Shown here one piece after another: positions 39,373 to 49,679 of a stretch of DNA of 52,367 nt. Both the position numbers and the translations under genes were made by a program. This DNA comes from Verrucomicrobiota bacterium (lineage in GTDB: Bacteria; Verrucomicrobiota; Verrucomicrobiia; Limisphaerales; SXQI01): positions 1 to 52,367 of the forward strand of contig JANRLX010000016.1 of the NCBI GenBank assembly GCA_033762115.1, written 5' to 3'. The stretch's first letter is position 1. Every line of letters begins with the position of its first letter. The notes beneath the pieces were generated by a model, which saw only the letters and a list, made by a program, of their open reading frames with translations, was not told where the DNA came from and did not search any database.

Positions 39373-41389
39373 TCGTTTCACTCCAAAATATGTGGGTGAC
39401 ACCTGGATCGAAGCGGAGGCCTTGCTCCCGGACGGCCGCCGTGTCATTGCCAAAACAAATTTTACCGCCACCACTTCATTGGATGAGCCACCCAACTCTT
39501 ATCAATCCGCCGAAGTGGCTCCGGGCAGCGGCATAGTTTCGGTTTATCACTTGAACAACGTTGGCAGTGACTCAACAGGCATCGGCGGCACGCTCGCAAT
39601 TGCGGGAAATACCTTTTTCGATGTCAGTAATCTTGGCTGGTTGCAAACTCGCTCCGGTGCTGCGCTGCGCTTTCTCGATTTGAACGATTCAGCAGTGGCT
39701 ACTTTGCCCGGCACCTTATTCACACAACCAGGCACGGAGTCCATCACTCTTGAGGCCATGATTTACATCAATGAATTCAAGGCGTGGAATCGGGACGTGG
39801 CTCAGATTCTTCGCCTCGAAAACAGTTGGGATGCCTACCTTGCCTTGATGGAAGACAAATATGCCGGCCCTTGTGTCAAAGGCGGCGGGCAATTCGCATG
39901 GACTGGCACGGCAGTAAAATCCGCACTGGCCCTTAAAAAATGGCACCACTTCAGCATCCAGCTTGATCGTTCCGGATATTCCGTTCGCCTGAATGGTAAC
40001 ACCATTGCTTCCGGTGCCAGCACTGAACTCGCAAACTGGGGACGCAGTTCATCCGTCACCCTCACTCTCGGGGATTTCGACGGCTGGATTGATGAAGTAG
40101 TCATCCGACGCAACGGCACTCCGCCGGGCAATAATCCTCCGACCGCCACATTGACATCTCCGGTCAACGGTTCCACCCTGGCCATTCCCGCCACGCTGTC
40201 TCTCACCGCAATCGCCGCTGACACAGATGGCATTGCAAAAGTGGAGTTTTTCTCCGGCGCCACCAAACTGGGTGAGGATTCAACCGCGCCATACACTTTG
40301 TCATGGACTCCCACTGCTGGCGGCTCTTTCAGCCTCACCGCCCGCGCCACCGATGCTCAAGGCGCTGCAACAACTTCCGCTCCAGTCGGAATAACCCTGG
40401 TGGCAGGAAACGTCGGGACTGTTGCAACTCCAGTCATCAGCCCCTCTGGAGGCACCTTTACCGGCAACACCTCGGTCACAATCGCGTGCGCGACTCCCTC
40501 AGCAACGATCCGTTACACAACGGATGGCAGCACCCCCACAAGCAGTTCCCCCCAATACACAACTGCCATCTCCGTAAGCCAAACGCTCACCTTGAAAGCC
40601 AGGGCTTTCAAAACCGGGATGAATGAAAGCCCAGTGCAGAGCGCAACCTTCACAGTGACCAGTGGCTCCTCAAATGGAACTCAGGCCACTTTTATCCGCG
40701 AGGATGCCGCAACCCTCGGAGATTGGAACAGCGCCTACGGTTCTCAGGGTTATCATGTTTTTGGGACATCGAGCAGCTACCCCGCTTATGTCACCGTTGC
40801 CGCCTCCGGAAAACAGGATTACACATGGACTGATTCCTCGAGCGACCTTCGCGCCCTGCTCAAACCAGGATCTGATAGTAGTCGAATCGCAAGCGTCTGG
40901 TATTCCGCAACCGAGCTTTCAATCAATACCAGCTTCACCGACACCCTGACACACCGTGTGGCTATATACTGTCTCGATTGGGACAATCTCGGCCGCGTTC
41001 AAACAGTGGAACTGTTCGACGCGGTTTCCGGCGCTTTGCTCGATACCCGGACCATCTCCAATTTCAGTGAAGGCAAATACCTCGTCTGGAACATCAAGGG
41101 AAATGTCCGCTTTCGTTTCCAGAAAAGCGTGGGACCTAATGCCATTGTCAGCGGACTGTTTTTTGATCCTCCCGCAACGCCACCAGGAATCGCACCAGTC
41201 GCGATGAACAGCAGCGGCCTTGTGCTCAGAGTCTCCGGACAAACCGGTGGTAATTACACCGTCCAATACTCCGAATCACTGAACGGCTGGACGACTCTGA
41301 CCAATGTCACACTCACCAGTCCTCAGGTTCAGGTTCTGGATGCCAATGCCAAATCACGACCTCACCGCTTTTACCGGCTCGCTCCATAG
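39260..41389 (+). CDS. C-terminal part of the modular GH9 protein (+1 frame): LamG-like, Ig-like, FN3-associated/CHB_HEX_C-like, an uncharacterised beta domain and a C-terminal RFYR domain
   Basis: WHHF...FDGWIDEV (LamG), NNPPTATLTSP..KVEFF..LTARATD (Ig), ATPVISPSGG..IRYTTDGSTPT (FN3-associated). It has no signal peptide of its own. Confidence 0.75.
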   Translation: MPVNSFATLSMTAPGIDLSTARITWEVRYLNPTIGLSNRFTPKYVGDTWIEAEALLPDGRRVIAKTNFTATTSLDEPPNSYQSAEVAPGSGIVSVYHLNNVGSDSTGIGGTLAIAGNTFFDVSNLGWLQTRSGAALRFLDLNDSAVATLPGTLFTQPGTESITLEAMIYINEFKAWNRDVAQILRLENSWDAYLALMEDKYAGPCVKGGGQFAWTGTAVKSALALKKWHHFSIQLDRSGYSVRLNGNTIASGASTELANWGRSSSVTLTLGDFDGWIDEVVIRRNGTPPGNNPPTATLTSPVNGSTLAIPATLSLTAIAADTDGIAKVEFFSGATKLGEDSTAPYTLSWTPTAGGSFSLTARATDAQGAATTSAPVGITLVAGNVGTVATPVISPSGGTFTGNTSVTIACATPSATIRYTTDGSTPTSSSPQYTTAISVSQTLTLKARAFKTGMNESPVQSATFTVTSGSSNGTQATFIREDAATLGDWNSAYGSQGYHVFGTSSSYPAYVTVAASGKQDYTWTDSSSDLRALLKPGSDSSRIASVWYSATELSINTSFTDTLTHRVAIYCLDWDNLGRVQTVELFDAVSGALLDTRTISNFSEGKYLVWNIKGNVRFRFQKSVGPNAIVSGLFFDPPATPPGIAPVAMNSSGLVLRVSGQTGGNYTVQYSESLNGWTTLTNVTLTSPQVQVLDANAKSRPHRFYRLAP

Positions 41390-41416
41390 TCATTAACGGT
41401 TCCGGTCCTTCTCCAG

Positions 41417-41444
41417 GCCGCAGGCTATCCTGCGGCTTTTTTTC
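41417..41444 (+). terminator. Rho-independent terminator after the GH9 gene
   Basis: GCCGCAGG-CTAT-CCTGCGGC followed by TTTTTTT. Confidence 0.8.
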
Positions 41445-41499
41445 TCCCTTGAGAAACCCGGCTTGCGAGAAGCCTTGCTGTCCCTCTACTGTTTCACAG

Positions 41500-43359
41500 T
41501 TGAGCAACCTGAGAGCAATATTGAGCTTTGGCGCACCTTATTTGCGCCGTTATTCCACCCGGCTCGTTCTGGGAATTTTGTTGGGGATTTTCTTTGGATT
41601 CTCCAATGCCACTTTTGTTTGGGCGACAAAAACTTTATTCGAACGCCTGGACCCACCCCCTCCCCGGATCGAAACATCCACCCCCTCTCCTGCTGCTTTT
41701 GATTTCATTCGCCAGCCCATCCAACGTTTCTCTTCCGGAATCGCCCAACGCCTCAACAATATCATCGATCCTTGGCTGCCAAAGAAAGGGGCGCCCCTCA
41801 CCTGGCAAAACATCCTTGGCGGTTTGATGTTCCTTCCTCTGCTCGCTGGCTTTCGCGGTTACGTTGGTTATCTCAGCAGTTACTGCATGAGCTGGGTCAG
41901 TGAACGTGTCGTCAAGGACATGCGCCTTGATGTTCTGATCAAAATGAATTCTCTCTCCCTCGACTTTTTTAATAAAACCACCATGGGCGACCTGATGGCC
42001 CGGATCAATGCAGACACCTCCGCTCTTTATCGCTGCCTGAGTCTTGGCTTTTCAGATTTAATCAAAGAACCGATGAGCATTCTCGCCCTCGTCACGGTCC
42101 TTTTCTTTACAGACCCAGGACTTACGCTGCTTGCCTTGATTTTTACTCCCCTGATGGTCATACCAATTCGCATTCTCGGAAAAAAAGCCCGCAAGGCTGT
42201 CAGTCAGGCCCGCTCCAGCGCCATCTCCCAGGATAGTTTGCTGATCGAACTTTTTTCCAGCATCCGTATCATTAAAGCCTATTCCCTTGAAAACCGGCAA
42301 ATCGACCAGTTCCGCACCATCTACAAAACGATTGTTTCCACCGGGATGAAAAATGTTCAGGCAAAGGAACTGGTCAATCCGATCATCGAAGTGATCGCAA
42401 CCCTCGGCCTCGGTGTCGTCATCGTGATCATTTTTTACTGGAACAAAACCATTCCGGACCTGATCGCCTTTTTGACCGGCGTGACTCTGATGTACACGCC
42501 AATTAAAAAGCTCGGGACTTTGCACGTTACTTTTCAGCAGGCCAGCGTCGGCGCACAGCGCCTCCTCGAAATCTTCAGCTTGAAACCAACGGTTCTCGAA
42601 AAACCCAATCCTCTTCCCATCCCCACGTTCACGCGTGCGCTGGAATTCCAAAATGTCAGCTTCACTTATGGGAATCAGCCTGTTCTTTCCAACATTTCCC
42701 TCCTCATCCCACACGGCAGAAAACTCGGCGTCGCAGGGCCAAGTGGTTCCGGAAAATCAACCCTTATCAGTCTGGTCTTGCGATTCTACGATCCCACAGC
42801 CGGTCGCATTTTATTCGACGGCATCGATCTGCGTGACGCTTCGATCAATGATCTCCGTTCACAAATGGCATTGGTCAGCCAGGATGTCGTCATTTTTGAT
42901 CAAACCATTGCCGAAAATATCGGCTGCGGCCGTCACGGCGCCACCTCCCAGGAAATCGAAGCCGCGGCAAAGGCAGCCTTCGCCCACGATTTTATCCTTC
43001 AAACTCCCAACGGTTATCAAACCCGCGTAGGGGAACGTGGCGTGACTCTCTCCGGCGGACAACGCCAGCGTCTCTCCATTGCCCGTGCATTCCTTCGTAA
43101 CGCCCCCATTCTTCTCCTCGATGAAGCCACCGCTTCCCTCGATTCCCAGGCTGAAGCCGAAGTCCAATCCGCCATTGACCGCCTCTCCGAAAATCGAACT
43201 GTGATCTGCGTTGCCCATCGCCTGTCCACGCTTCGGAACTGCGACCAGATCATTATTCTCGAAAATGGCCTGATCGTCCAAACAGGCGGTTACGAGGAAC
43301 TCCTCCGCCAAAACGGCCTCTTCACTCAAATGGCAGAACGACAGGGCATTCGGCTCTAG
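41500..43359 (+). CDS. ABC exporter, fused permease/ATPase (MsbA-like)
   Basis: Six-TM domain plus GPSGSGKS, LSGGQ, LLLDEAT and AHRL. Probable TTG start at 41500. Confidence 0.88.
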   Translation: MSNLRAILSFGAPYLRRYSTRLVLGILLGIFFGFSNATFVWATKTLFERLDPPPPRIETSTPSPAAFDFIRQPIQRFSSGIAQRLNNIIDPWLPKKGAPLTWQNILGGLMFLPLLAGFRGYVGYLSSYCMSWVSERVVKDMRLDVLIKMNSLSLDFFNKTTMGDLMARINADTSALYRCLSLGFSDLIKEPMSILALVTVLFFTDPGLTLLALIFTPLMVIPIRILGKKARKAVSQARSSAISQDSLLIELFSSIRIIKAYSLENRQIDQFRTIYKTIVSTGMKNVQAKELVNPIIEVIATLGLGVVIVIIFYWNKTIPDLIAFLTGVTLMYTPIKKLGTLHVTFQQASVGAQRLLEIFSLKPTVLEKPNPLPIPTFTRALEFQNVSFTYGNQPVLSNISLLIPHGRKLGVAGPSGSGKSTLISLVLRFYDPTAGRILFDGIDLRDASINDLRSQMALVSQDVVIFDQTIAENIGCGRHGATSQEIEAAAKAAFAHDFILQTPNGYQTRVGERGVTLSGGQRQRLSIARAFLRNAPILLLDEATASLDSQAEAEVQSAIDRLSENRTVICVAHRLSTLRNCDQIIILENGLIVQTGGYEELLRQNGLFTQMAERQGIRL

Positions 43360-43417
43360 CAGGAAATTACAAATTGATTGGGCTCGTTGAACTCCCTACT
43401 GTTCCAGTTCGGATTGC

Positions 43418-44290
43418 ATGAAAATCTATATCGACGGCAAGTTTTACGACGAGCAGGACGCAAAAATATCCGTGTTTGACCACGGATTGCTTTACGGCGA
43501 CGGAATTTTTGAAGGCATTCGCGCCTACAACAATCGCGTCTTCAAGTTGAAGGAGCATATTGATCGCCTTTTTTATTCTGCCAAGGCCATCCTCCTCAAG
43601 ATTCCCATGTCCCATGCGGATCTCTGCGAAGCCGTCACCGAAACCTGTCGCCAGAATAACCTTCGCGAAGGATATATCCGTCTCGTGGTCACTCGTGGTG
43701 TCGGCACGCTTGGGCTCAATCCCAACAAGTGCAAAAACCCTTCCATCATCATCATCGCCGATAAAATCCAGCTCTATCCAAAGGAGTTTTACGAAAAGGG
43801 ACTCACCATCATCACCGTCCCTACAACGCGCAATCTCCATTCCGCATTGAACCCGGCAATCAAGTCTCTCAACTATCTCAACAACATCCTGGCAAAAATC
43901 GAGGCCAACAACGGCGGCTGCGAGGAAGCCATCATGCTCAACGCAGAAGGATACGTGGCTGAATGCACCGGCGACAATCTCTTCATTGTCCGTGGCAACC
44001 AGCTTCTGACCCCTCCTCTTTATGCAGGAGCCCTTTACGGGATCACCCGCGGGGTTGTCATGGAACTTGCTCATGAAGAAGGGTTGCAGGTGGCCGAAGC
44101 CAACCTCACCCGTTACGATGTTTTCAACGCCGAAGAATGCTTCCTCACAGGCACTGGCGCCGAACTCGTTCCTGTGGTTACGGTCGATGCACGGGTGATC
44201 GGCTCAGGACAACCTGGCCCTTATACCAGGAAACTTGTGAAGCGTTACCATGAACTCGTTCAGAATTCAGGTGCTCTCATCTTTAAGTAA
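43418..44290 (+). CDS. ilvE: Branched-chain amino acid aminotransferase
   Basis: DHGLLYGDGIFEGIR, KSLNY, ECTGDN, GITR and FLTGTGAE. Confidence 0.95.
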   Translation: MKIYIDGKFYDEQDAKISVFDHGLLYGDGIFEGIRAYNNRVFKLKEHIDRLFYSAKAILLKIPMSHADLCEAVTETCRQNNLREGYIRLVVTRGVGTLGLNPNKCKNPSIIIIADKIQLYPKEFYEKGLTIITVPTTRNLHSALNPAIKSLNYLNNILAKIEANNGGCEEAIMLNAEGYVAECTGDNLFIVRGNQLLTPPLYAGALYGITRGVVMELAHEEGLQVAEANLTRYDVFNAEECFLTGTGAELVPVVTVDARVIGSGQPGPYTRKLVKRYHELVQNSGALIFK

Positions 44291-44404
44291 TCGGGAGCCC
44301 TGTCGATGAACAGCAAACAGTGCCATTCCAATCGATGATTGCTGTTTCACTGAGCTGTTTCTTGACTATCAGAACCAATCGGTCGATATACAATTTAGCG
44401 CAAT

Positions 44405-44917
44405 ATGCTTTGTGACCTCTGCAAACAAAACGTCGCCACCGTTCACCTGACTCAAATGGTCGAAGGAAAGACCAAAAAGGTCGATCTTTGCGAAGCATGC
44501 TCCAAGGAAAAGGGGGTTGACGATCCCACCGGATTTTCCCTGGCTGATCTCTTGCTCGGTCTTGGCGCTGCCCAGGAGATTGAACAATCCGCCGGGGGTG
44601 GAGAGCTTAAGTGCCCTCATTGCGGATTTACCCAGGCCGATTTTAAAAAAGCCGGTCGCCTTGGATGTTCCGAATGCTACAAAATTTTCAGCGAAGGTCT
44701 GGAGTCGCTTCTCAAAACGATGCACAAAGGCACCCGCCATGTCGGTAAAGTGCCTCAATCTCTCAGACAATCCCAGGATTTGGCCGACAAACTGAAAGCC
44801 CTTCAGAAAAAATTGGAAAAAGCCATCGCTGAGGAGGATTTTGAATCCGCTGCCCAAATCCGCGACGAACTGAAACATGTCCGCGTCAAGTTGGGTGAAC
44901 TTTCTCCGACAAAATGA
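44405..44917 (+). CDS. mcsA: McsA, activator of the protein arginine kinase
   Basis: Four CxxC motifs, GRLGCSECY and a C-terminal UVR domain (EDFESAAQIRD). Confidence 0.92.
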   Translation: MLCDLCKQNVATVHLTQMVEGKTKKVDLCEACSKEKGVDDPTGFSLADLLLGLGAAQEIEQSAGGGELKCPHCGFTQADFKKAGRLGCSECYKIFSEGLESLLKTMHKGTRHVGKVPQSLRQSQDLADKLKALQKKLEKAIAEEDFESAAQIRDELKHVRVKLGELSPTK

Positions 44918-46023
44918 GCATCCACGAATTCCTCAGTTCACCTGCGGAAATGAGCCATCGCTCAGGACCGCATGATCGCATCGTTCTTTCAAGTCGCGTC
45001 CGCCTCGCACGGAATCTTCGCTCTCTCCCCTTTCCGGGTTACGCCAAAAAGCCGGATCGCATCAAAGCCCTTGAGATCGTTCGTCCTGCAGTCCAAAGCC
45101 TTCCGCAAATGGCCAATGCCTTTGCTGAATCCATGGATAATCTCACAGCGCTTGATAAAAATATACTTGTGGAGCGCCATTTGATCAGCAGGGAACACGC
45201 CGCCAAAAATGCTGGCAGCGGTCTCGTCCTTAACAAGGAGGAATCCCTCTGCGTCATGATTAATGAGGAGGACCACCTCCGCATGCAATCCCTCCATCCG
45301 GGGTTGCAGATCAAGGAAGCCTGGGCGGCCATCGATCAGGTTGATTCCTCCCTTGAGAAAAAACTCGATTACGCTTTCTCCCCTGAGCTGGGCTATCTCA
45401 CCGCCTGCCCGACCAACCTCGGCACTGGCATCCGGGTCAGCGCCATGCTTCACCTCCCCGCTCTCGTCCTGACCGAGCAAATCAATCAGATCGTTCAGGC
45501 GGTCAACAAACTCGGGCTCGCAGTACGCGGTCTCTACGGGGAAGGCACTGAAGCTTTGGGAAATATTTTCCAGGTTTCCAACCAGATGACCCTGGGCGAA
45601 GTTGAGACAGATATTGTCGAACGGCTGAGCAAGGTGCTCGCTCAATTAATCGAGCATGAGGAGAACGCCCGGGGATCATTGCTCGAGAAAAAACCCAAGG
45701 TTCTTTTCAACCATATTGGAAGGGCCTATGGCATTCTCGCCAATGCTCACAGCATCTCCTCCAAGGAAACCATGAATCTCCTCTCTTTAATGCGTTTGGG
45801 AGTAGATTTGGGCCTGTTTCCGGGTGTTGAACGAAGCGTTGTGGATGAGCTGTTTATCAACACTCAGCCTGCCCATTTGCAGAAACGCTACTCTGAAAAA
45901 CTCTCCGCTGAAGAAAGGGACATGCTCCGTTCTGATATGCTCCGCGAACGGTTAAAGCTGGTGAGTCGTCCTGTCACAAACAATGCCGGAACCAGTGGGT
46001 CAAAACTGGACAAGGAAGAATAA
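44914..46023 (+). CDS. mcsB: Protein arginine kinase McsB
   Basis: SSRVRLARN, ERHLIS, NEEDH, ACPTNLGTG and RGLYGEG. Confidence 0.95.
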   Translation: MSIHEFLSSPAEMSHRSGPHDRIVLSSRVRLARNLRSLPFPGYAKKPDRIKALEIVRPAVQSLPQMANAFAESMDNLTALDKNILVERHLISREHAAKNAGSGLVLNKEESLCVMINEEDHLRMQSLHPGLQIKEAWAAIDQVDSSLEKKLDYAFSPELGYLTACPTNLGTGIRVSAMLHLPALVLTEQINQIVQAVNKLGLAVRGLYGEGTEALGNIFQVSNQMTLGEVETDIVERLSKVLAQLIEHEENARGSLLEKKPKVLFNHIGRAYGILANAHSISSKETMNLLSLMRLGVDLGLFPGVERSVVDELFINTQPAHLQKRYSEKLSAEERDMLRSDMLRERLKLVSRPVTNNAGTSGSKLDKEE

Positions 46024-46047
46024 CCGGAGCATCTTGGGATTATCTGT

Positions 46048-48567
46048 ATGAGCGACGAAGCCATGAACAACTTCACTCCCCGAGCACAGCAAGTCCTTGC
46101 GCTCGCACGCAAGGAAGCTGACCGCTTTAACCATAACTTTGTGGGGACAGAGCATCTTTTGCTCGGCTTGATCAAGCTCGGCCAGGGTGTCGCCGTCAAT
46201 GTCCTTCAAAAAATTGGTCTCGACCTCGATACCGTCCGCATGGAAGTCGAGAAACTCGTCGGGACCGGTCCCGATCAGAAAATGATCGGCAACATCCCTT
46301 ACACCCCCAGGGTCAAAAAAGTCCTTTCTCTCGCCGCAAAGGAAGCTAAAGCCTTGAACCACACTTACGTCGGCACTGAGCATATCCTCCTGGGATTGCT
46401 TCGTGAAGGGGATGGCGTCGCCGCCCGGGTCCTCAAAAACATGGATGTCGATATCGAGCAGACCCGCCAGGAAATCCTCAAGGAACTCGATCCTCATTTC
46501 AACAACCCTGAGGAAAGTCCCTCCGCCGAGGCAGCTGGCGGTGGTGGCTCCCAGGAAAAAGCTTCCCCCGGAGATAAAAAAGGAGAAGTCAAAACTCCTG
46601 CCCTCAAGGCATTTGGCCGCGATCTCACCGAAATCGCCCGCAAAGGGGAGATGGACCCCGTTATCGGTCGCCGCAATGAAATCGAACGGGTCATTCAAAT
46701 TCTTTGCCGCCGCACAAAAAACAATCCTGTCCTTCTCGGCGAAGCTGGCGTCGGTAAAACTGCCATTGTCGAAGGTCTTGCCCAGGAAATCGCCAAGGGC
46801 AACGTTCCCGAACTTCTTCGCGAGAAAAAAGTCATCACCCTTGATTTGGCCTTGATGGTCGCCGGTACCAAATATCGCGGTCAGTTCGAGGAACGCATCA
46901 AAGCTGTGATGGATGAAATCCGTCGCGCCAAAAACATCATTTTGTTCATCGACGAGTTGCACACAATCGTCGGCGCTGGTTCCGCTGAAGGGACCATGGA
47001 TGCCTCCAACATCATCAAACCCGCCTTGAGCCGTGGTGAATTGCAATGCGTCGGTGCCACCACCCTGAACGAATATCGCAAATACATCGAAAAGGATGCC
47101 GCCCTCGAACGCCGCTTTCAAAGCGTCAAGGTCGAAGCTCCTTCAGTCGAGGAAGCGATCCTCATCTTGAACGGGCTCAAATCGAAATACGAAGAGCACC
47201 ACAAGGTCGATTACACCCCCGGGGCCATCGAGTCTGCCGTCAAACTTTCCGATCGCTATCTGACCGGTCGCTTTCTTCCCGACAAAGCCATCGACCTGAT
47301 GGATGAAGCTGGCTCACGCGCCCGGATTGGGGCCATGACCCGCCCGCCTGATGTCAAAAACCTCGAAAACGAAATCGAGGAAATCAAAACGAAGAAAGAG
47401 CGTTTCATCAAGGAACAGGACTTTGAAGGTGCTGCTTCCATGCGTGACCAGGAAAAGCAGGCCAAGGAAAAGATGGAAGCCGTCCTGACCGCCTGGAAAA
47501 CAGCGCGTGAAGAAACCCGCGTCACCGTCAGCGATGATGATATCCTTCAGGTCGTGGCCAAGTGGACAGGCATCCCTCTCAAACGCATGGAACAGGGCGA
47601 AGCCCAGCGTTTGTTGAGCATGGAGCAGGAATTGGAACGGATCGTCATCGGCCAGCGCACTGCTGTCAGCGCCCTGTGCAAAGCCTTGCGCAGGTCCCGT
47701 GCCGATTTGAAGGACCCCAAACGTCCCATCGGCACCTTTGCACTCCTCGGCCAGACCGGTGTTGGCAAAACCCTTCTGGCAAAGACTTTGGCGGAACATA
47801 TGTTCGGCGATGCAAAATCGCTCATCCAGCTCGACATGTCCGAATACATGGAGAAATTCACCGTGTCACGGCTTGTCGGCTCACCTCCCGGCTACGTTGG
47901 TTACGAAGAAGGTGGCCAGCTCACCGAGCAGGTCCGTCGGAAACCCTATTCTGTCGTGCTTTTTGACGAAATCGAGAAAGCCCACCCTGACGTCATGAAC
48001 ATGCTCCTCCAGATTTTGGAGGAAGGCAAACTCACTGACAATGTCGGGCGGGTCGTTGATTTCCGAAACACCATCATTCTCCTCACCTCTAACGTGGGTG
48101 CCGAAACAATCCGCAAAAACAGCACCATCGGCTTCGGCTCACGCAGCGAGCAGGACAATTACGACCGCATGCGGGACAAAATCATGGATGAAGCGCGCCG
48201 CGCCTTCCGTCCTGAATTCCTCAACCGCCTGGATGACGTCATCGTCTTCAATCCGTTGACCAAGCCGGACTTGATCCAGATTCTTGACCTTGAAATCAAG
48301 AAAGTCATGGAACGGCTCAAAAACCGGAACATCAAACTTGAACTCGATCCCAGGGCCAACGACTTCCTCGTCGAAAAGGGCTACGATCCTGTTTATGGCG
48401 CACGCCCAATGCGTCGTGCCGTCGAACGCTACCTTGAAGACCCGCTCGCTGAGGAAATCCTCAAGGGCCGCTTCACCGAGCAAGTGCCCATCCAGGTCAC
48501 TGTGGAAAACGACAAGCTGGTCTTCCAGCAGAGCGCTCCCACCGAAGGCGCACTCTCAGGTAGTTAA
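46048..48567 (+). CDS. clpC: ATP-dependent Clp protease ATPase subunit ClpC
   Basis: Clp N domains (GTEH twice), two AAA+ modules ([16 protein letters not shown]), UVR-like middle domain and ClpP-docking IGF. Confidence 0.95.
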   Translation: MSDEAMNNFTPRAQQVLALARKEADRFNHNFVGTEHLLLGLIKLGQGVAVNVLQKIGLDLDTVRMEVEKLVGTGPDQKMIGNIPYTPRVKKVLSLAAKEAKALNHTYVGTEHILLGLLREGDGVAARVLKNMDVDIEQTRQEILKELDPHFNNPEESPSAEAAGGGGSQEKASPGDKKGEVKTPALKAFGRDLTEIARKGEMDPVIGRRNEIERVIQILCRRTKNNPVLLGEAGVGKTAIVEGLAQEIAKGNVPELLREKKVITLDLALMVAGTKYRGQFEERIKAVMDEIRRAKNIILFIDELHTIVGAGSAEGTMDASNIIKPALSRGELQCVGATTLNEYRKYIEKDAALERRFQSVKVEAPSVEEAILILNGLKSKYEEHHKVDYTPGAIESAVKLSDRYLTGRFLPDKAIDLMDEAGSRARIGAMTRPPDVKNLENEIEEIKTKKERFIKEQDFEGAASMRDQEKQAKEKMEAVLTAWKTAREETRVTVSDDDILQVVAKWTGIPLKRMEQGEAQRLLSMEQELERIVIGQRTAVSALCKALRRSRADLKDPKRPIGTFALLGQTGVGKTLLAKTLAEHMFGDAKSLIQLDMSEYMEKFTVSRLVGSPPGYVGYEEGGQLTEQVRRKPYSVVLFDEIEKAHPDVMNMLLQILEEGKLTDNVGRVVDFRNTIILLTSNVGAETIRKNSTIGFGSRSEQDNYDRMRDKIMDEARRAFRPEFLNRLDDVIVFNPLTKPDLIQILDLEIKKVMERLKNRNIKLELDPRANDFLVEKGYDPVYGARPMRRAVERYLEDPLAEEILKGRFTEQVPIQVTVENDKLVFQQSAPTEGALSGS

Positions 48568-48583
48568 TCGCTGAAATTCAATG

Positions 48584-48612
48584 AAGCGCCGCAATAATCT
48601 GCGGCGCTTTTC
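48584..48612. terminator. Terminator between convergent clpC and LysR genes
   Basis: AAGCGCCGCA-ATAATC-TGCGGCGCTT followed by TTC. Confidence 0.7.
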
Positions 48613-49559
48613 TATTTGGCTGGTTCATTCCCGGACAATGCCTCTGTGCTGTTTCGACACAATTTCACGAATGTCTCTTCCGCGAGGCTGAGACGTCGGT
48701 TTTTATGATGAAGTATTCCCCAGTTCCGTTTCAGCTTTCTTTTTCCCAGGGGAAACGCCACCAATGAGCCCTCCGTCAATTCTTTCCTCGCAATCCACGG
48801 CGCCAGGATGCTGACTCCCATATTCAGCTTCACCAACTCCTTCATCGCCTCAATGTTGTCGATCTCAATAAACGAATTCAGAACCATCTCCTCTTCCCGG
48901 AAATACTCCTCCACAAATTTGAATGTCAGGCTCCGCTTATTATACAAAATATAATTTTGCTTCGGAATCTGTTCCCGCGCCGGCTTTCCTTCCAACGCCC
49001 ACGCATGCCCTTCCCCCACCAGGAAAACCAGCTCATCGGTAAACAATGGCAAAAAAGTAATTTCCGGAGAATTCGGAGGCTCAAGACAGATCGCCAGGTC
49101 AATCCGGTTTTGCTCAAACAGCTTCAATGCGTGGAATGTGTCTCCCGGCTCAATTGTTATTGTCGATTGTGGATAATTCGTCCGGAACTGCCGCAGTACC
49201 GGCGGCAAAATATATTGCGCAGCGGTGCTGGTGACTCCCAGCCGCAACCGCCCCTGACCCCACTTCCCCAGATGCTCCAAAGTCTCACGCGCCTGGTCCA
49301 TCTGATTTAATATTTTTTGCGCATGGTGGTAGAGGTGTTCTCCAGCCTGGGTCAGCACCACAGTTTTGCCCACCTTGTCAAAAAGACGACAGCCTGCATC
49401 CCGTTCAAGGGCTTTCATCGCATGGCTTACAGCCGACTGCGTGAGGAATAATTTCTTCCCTGCAATCGTAAAACTCCCCGTTTTTGCAAGGATTAGAAAA
49501 GCCCGGAGCTGTCTGCTGTCGAATGGTGCTTTAGAGTATGAATCACTTTCATGCCGCAT
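48612..49559 (-). CDS. LysR-family transcriptional regulator
   Basis: HTH region QLRAF..GSFT..LTQSAVSH..LE..LF..LTQAG and a LysR substrate-binding domain. Divergent from the ABC operon. Confidence 0.92.
   Translation of the reverse strand: MRHESDSYSKAPFDSRQLRAFLILAKTGSFTIAGKKLFLTQSAVSHAMKALERDAGCRLFDKVGKTVVLTQAGEHLYHHAQKILNQMDQARETLEHLGKWGQGRLRLGVTSTAAQYILPPVLRQFRTNYPQSTITIEPGDTFHALKLFEQNRIDLAICLEPPNSPEITFLPLFTDELVFLVGEGHAWALEGKPAREQIPKQNYILYNKRSLTFKFVEEYFREEEMVLNSFIEIDNIEAMKELVKLNMGVSILAPWIARKELTEGSLVAFPLGKRKLKRNWGILHHKNRRLSLAEETFVKLCRNSTEALSGNEPAK
49538..49552. promoter_or_regulatory. Candidate LysR (T-N11-A) binding site
   Basis: Palindrome ATGAA-TCACT-TTCAT containing T-N11-A, at the 5' end of the LysR gene. 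Confidence 0.4.
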
Positions 49560-49599
49560 ATTAAATGATTGGTTAGCAACCGGCAGACCAACCGAAATT

Positions 49600-49616
49600 T
49601 TGGCACAACTCCAGCA
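49600..49616 (+). promoter_or_regulatory. sigma54 (-24/-12) promoter of the nitrate-type ABC operon
   Basis: TTGGCACAACTCCAGCA, with GG (49602-03), N10 and GC (49614-15). Confidence 0.65.
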
Positions 49617-49679
49617 TTGCTGCTCACGACTGAATTTGAAAAGGGAAAGACAACAATCTACCTGGACTCCAGGACAATA

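Noticed and set aside
41449..43359. ABC exporter as a dedicated type I secretion system for the upstream GH9
   Set aside because: A strong terminator separates them, there is no HlyD or TolC partner and no RTX repeats, and the GH9 has a Sec signal. An MsbA-like role is simpler.
44361..44377. Possible CtsR box upstream of mcsA (CTTGACT...)
   Set aside because: Only one heptad is present and the second repeat is missing. It is more simply a -35 element.
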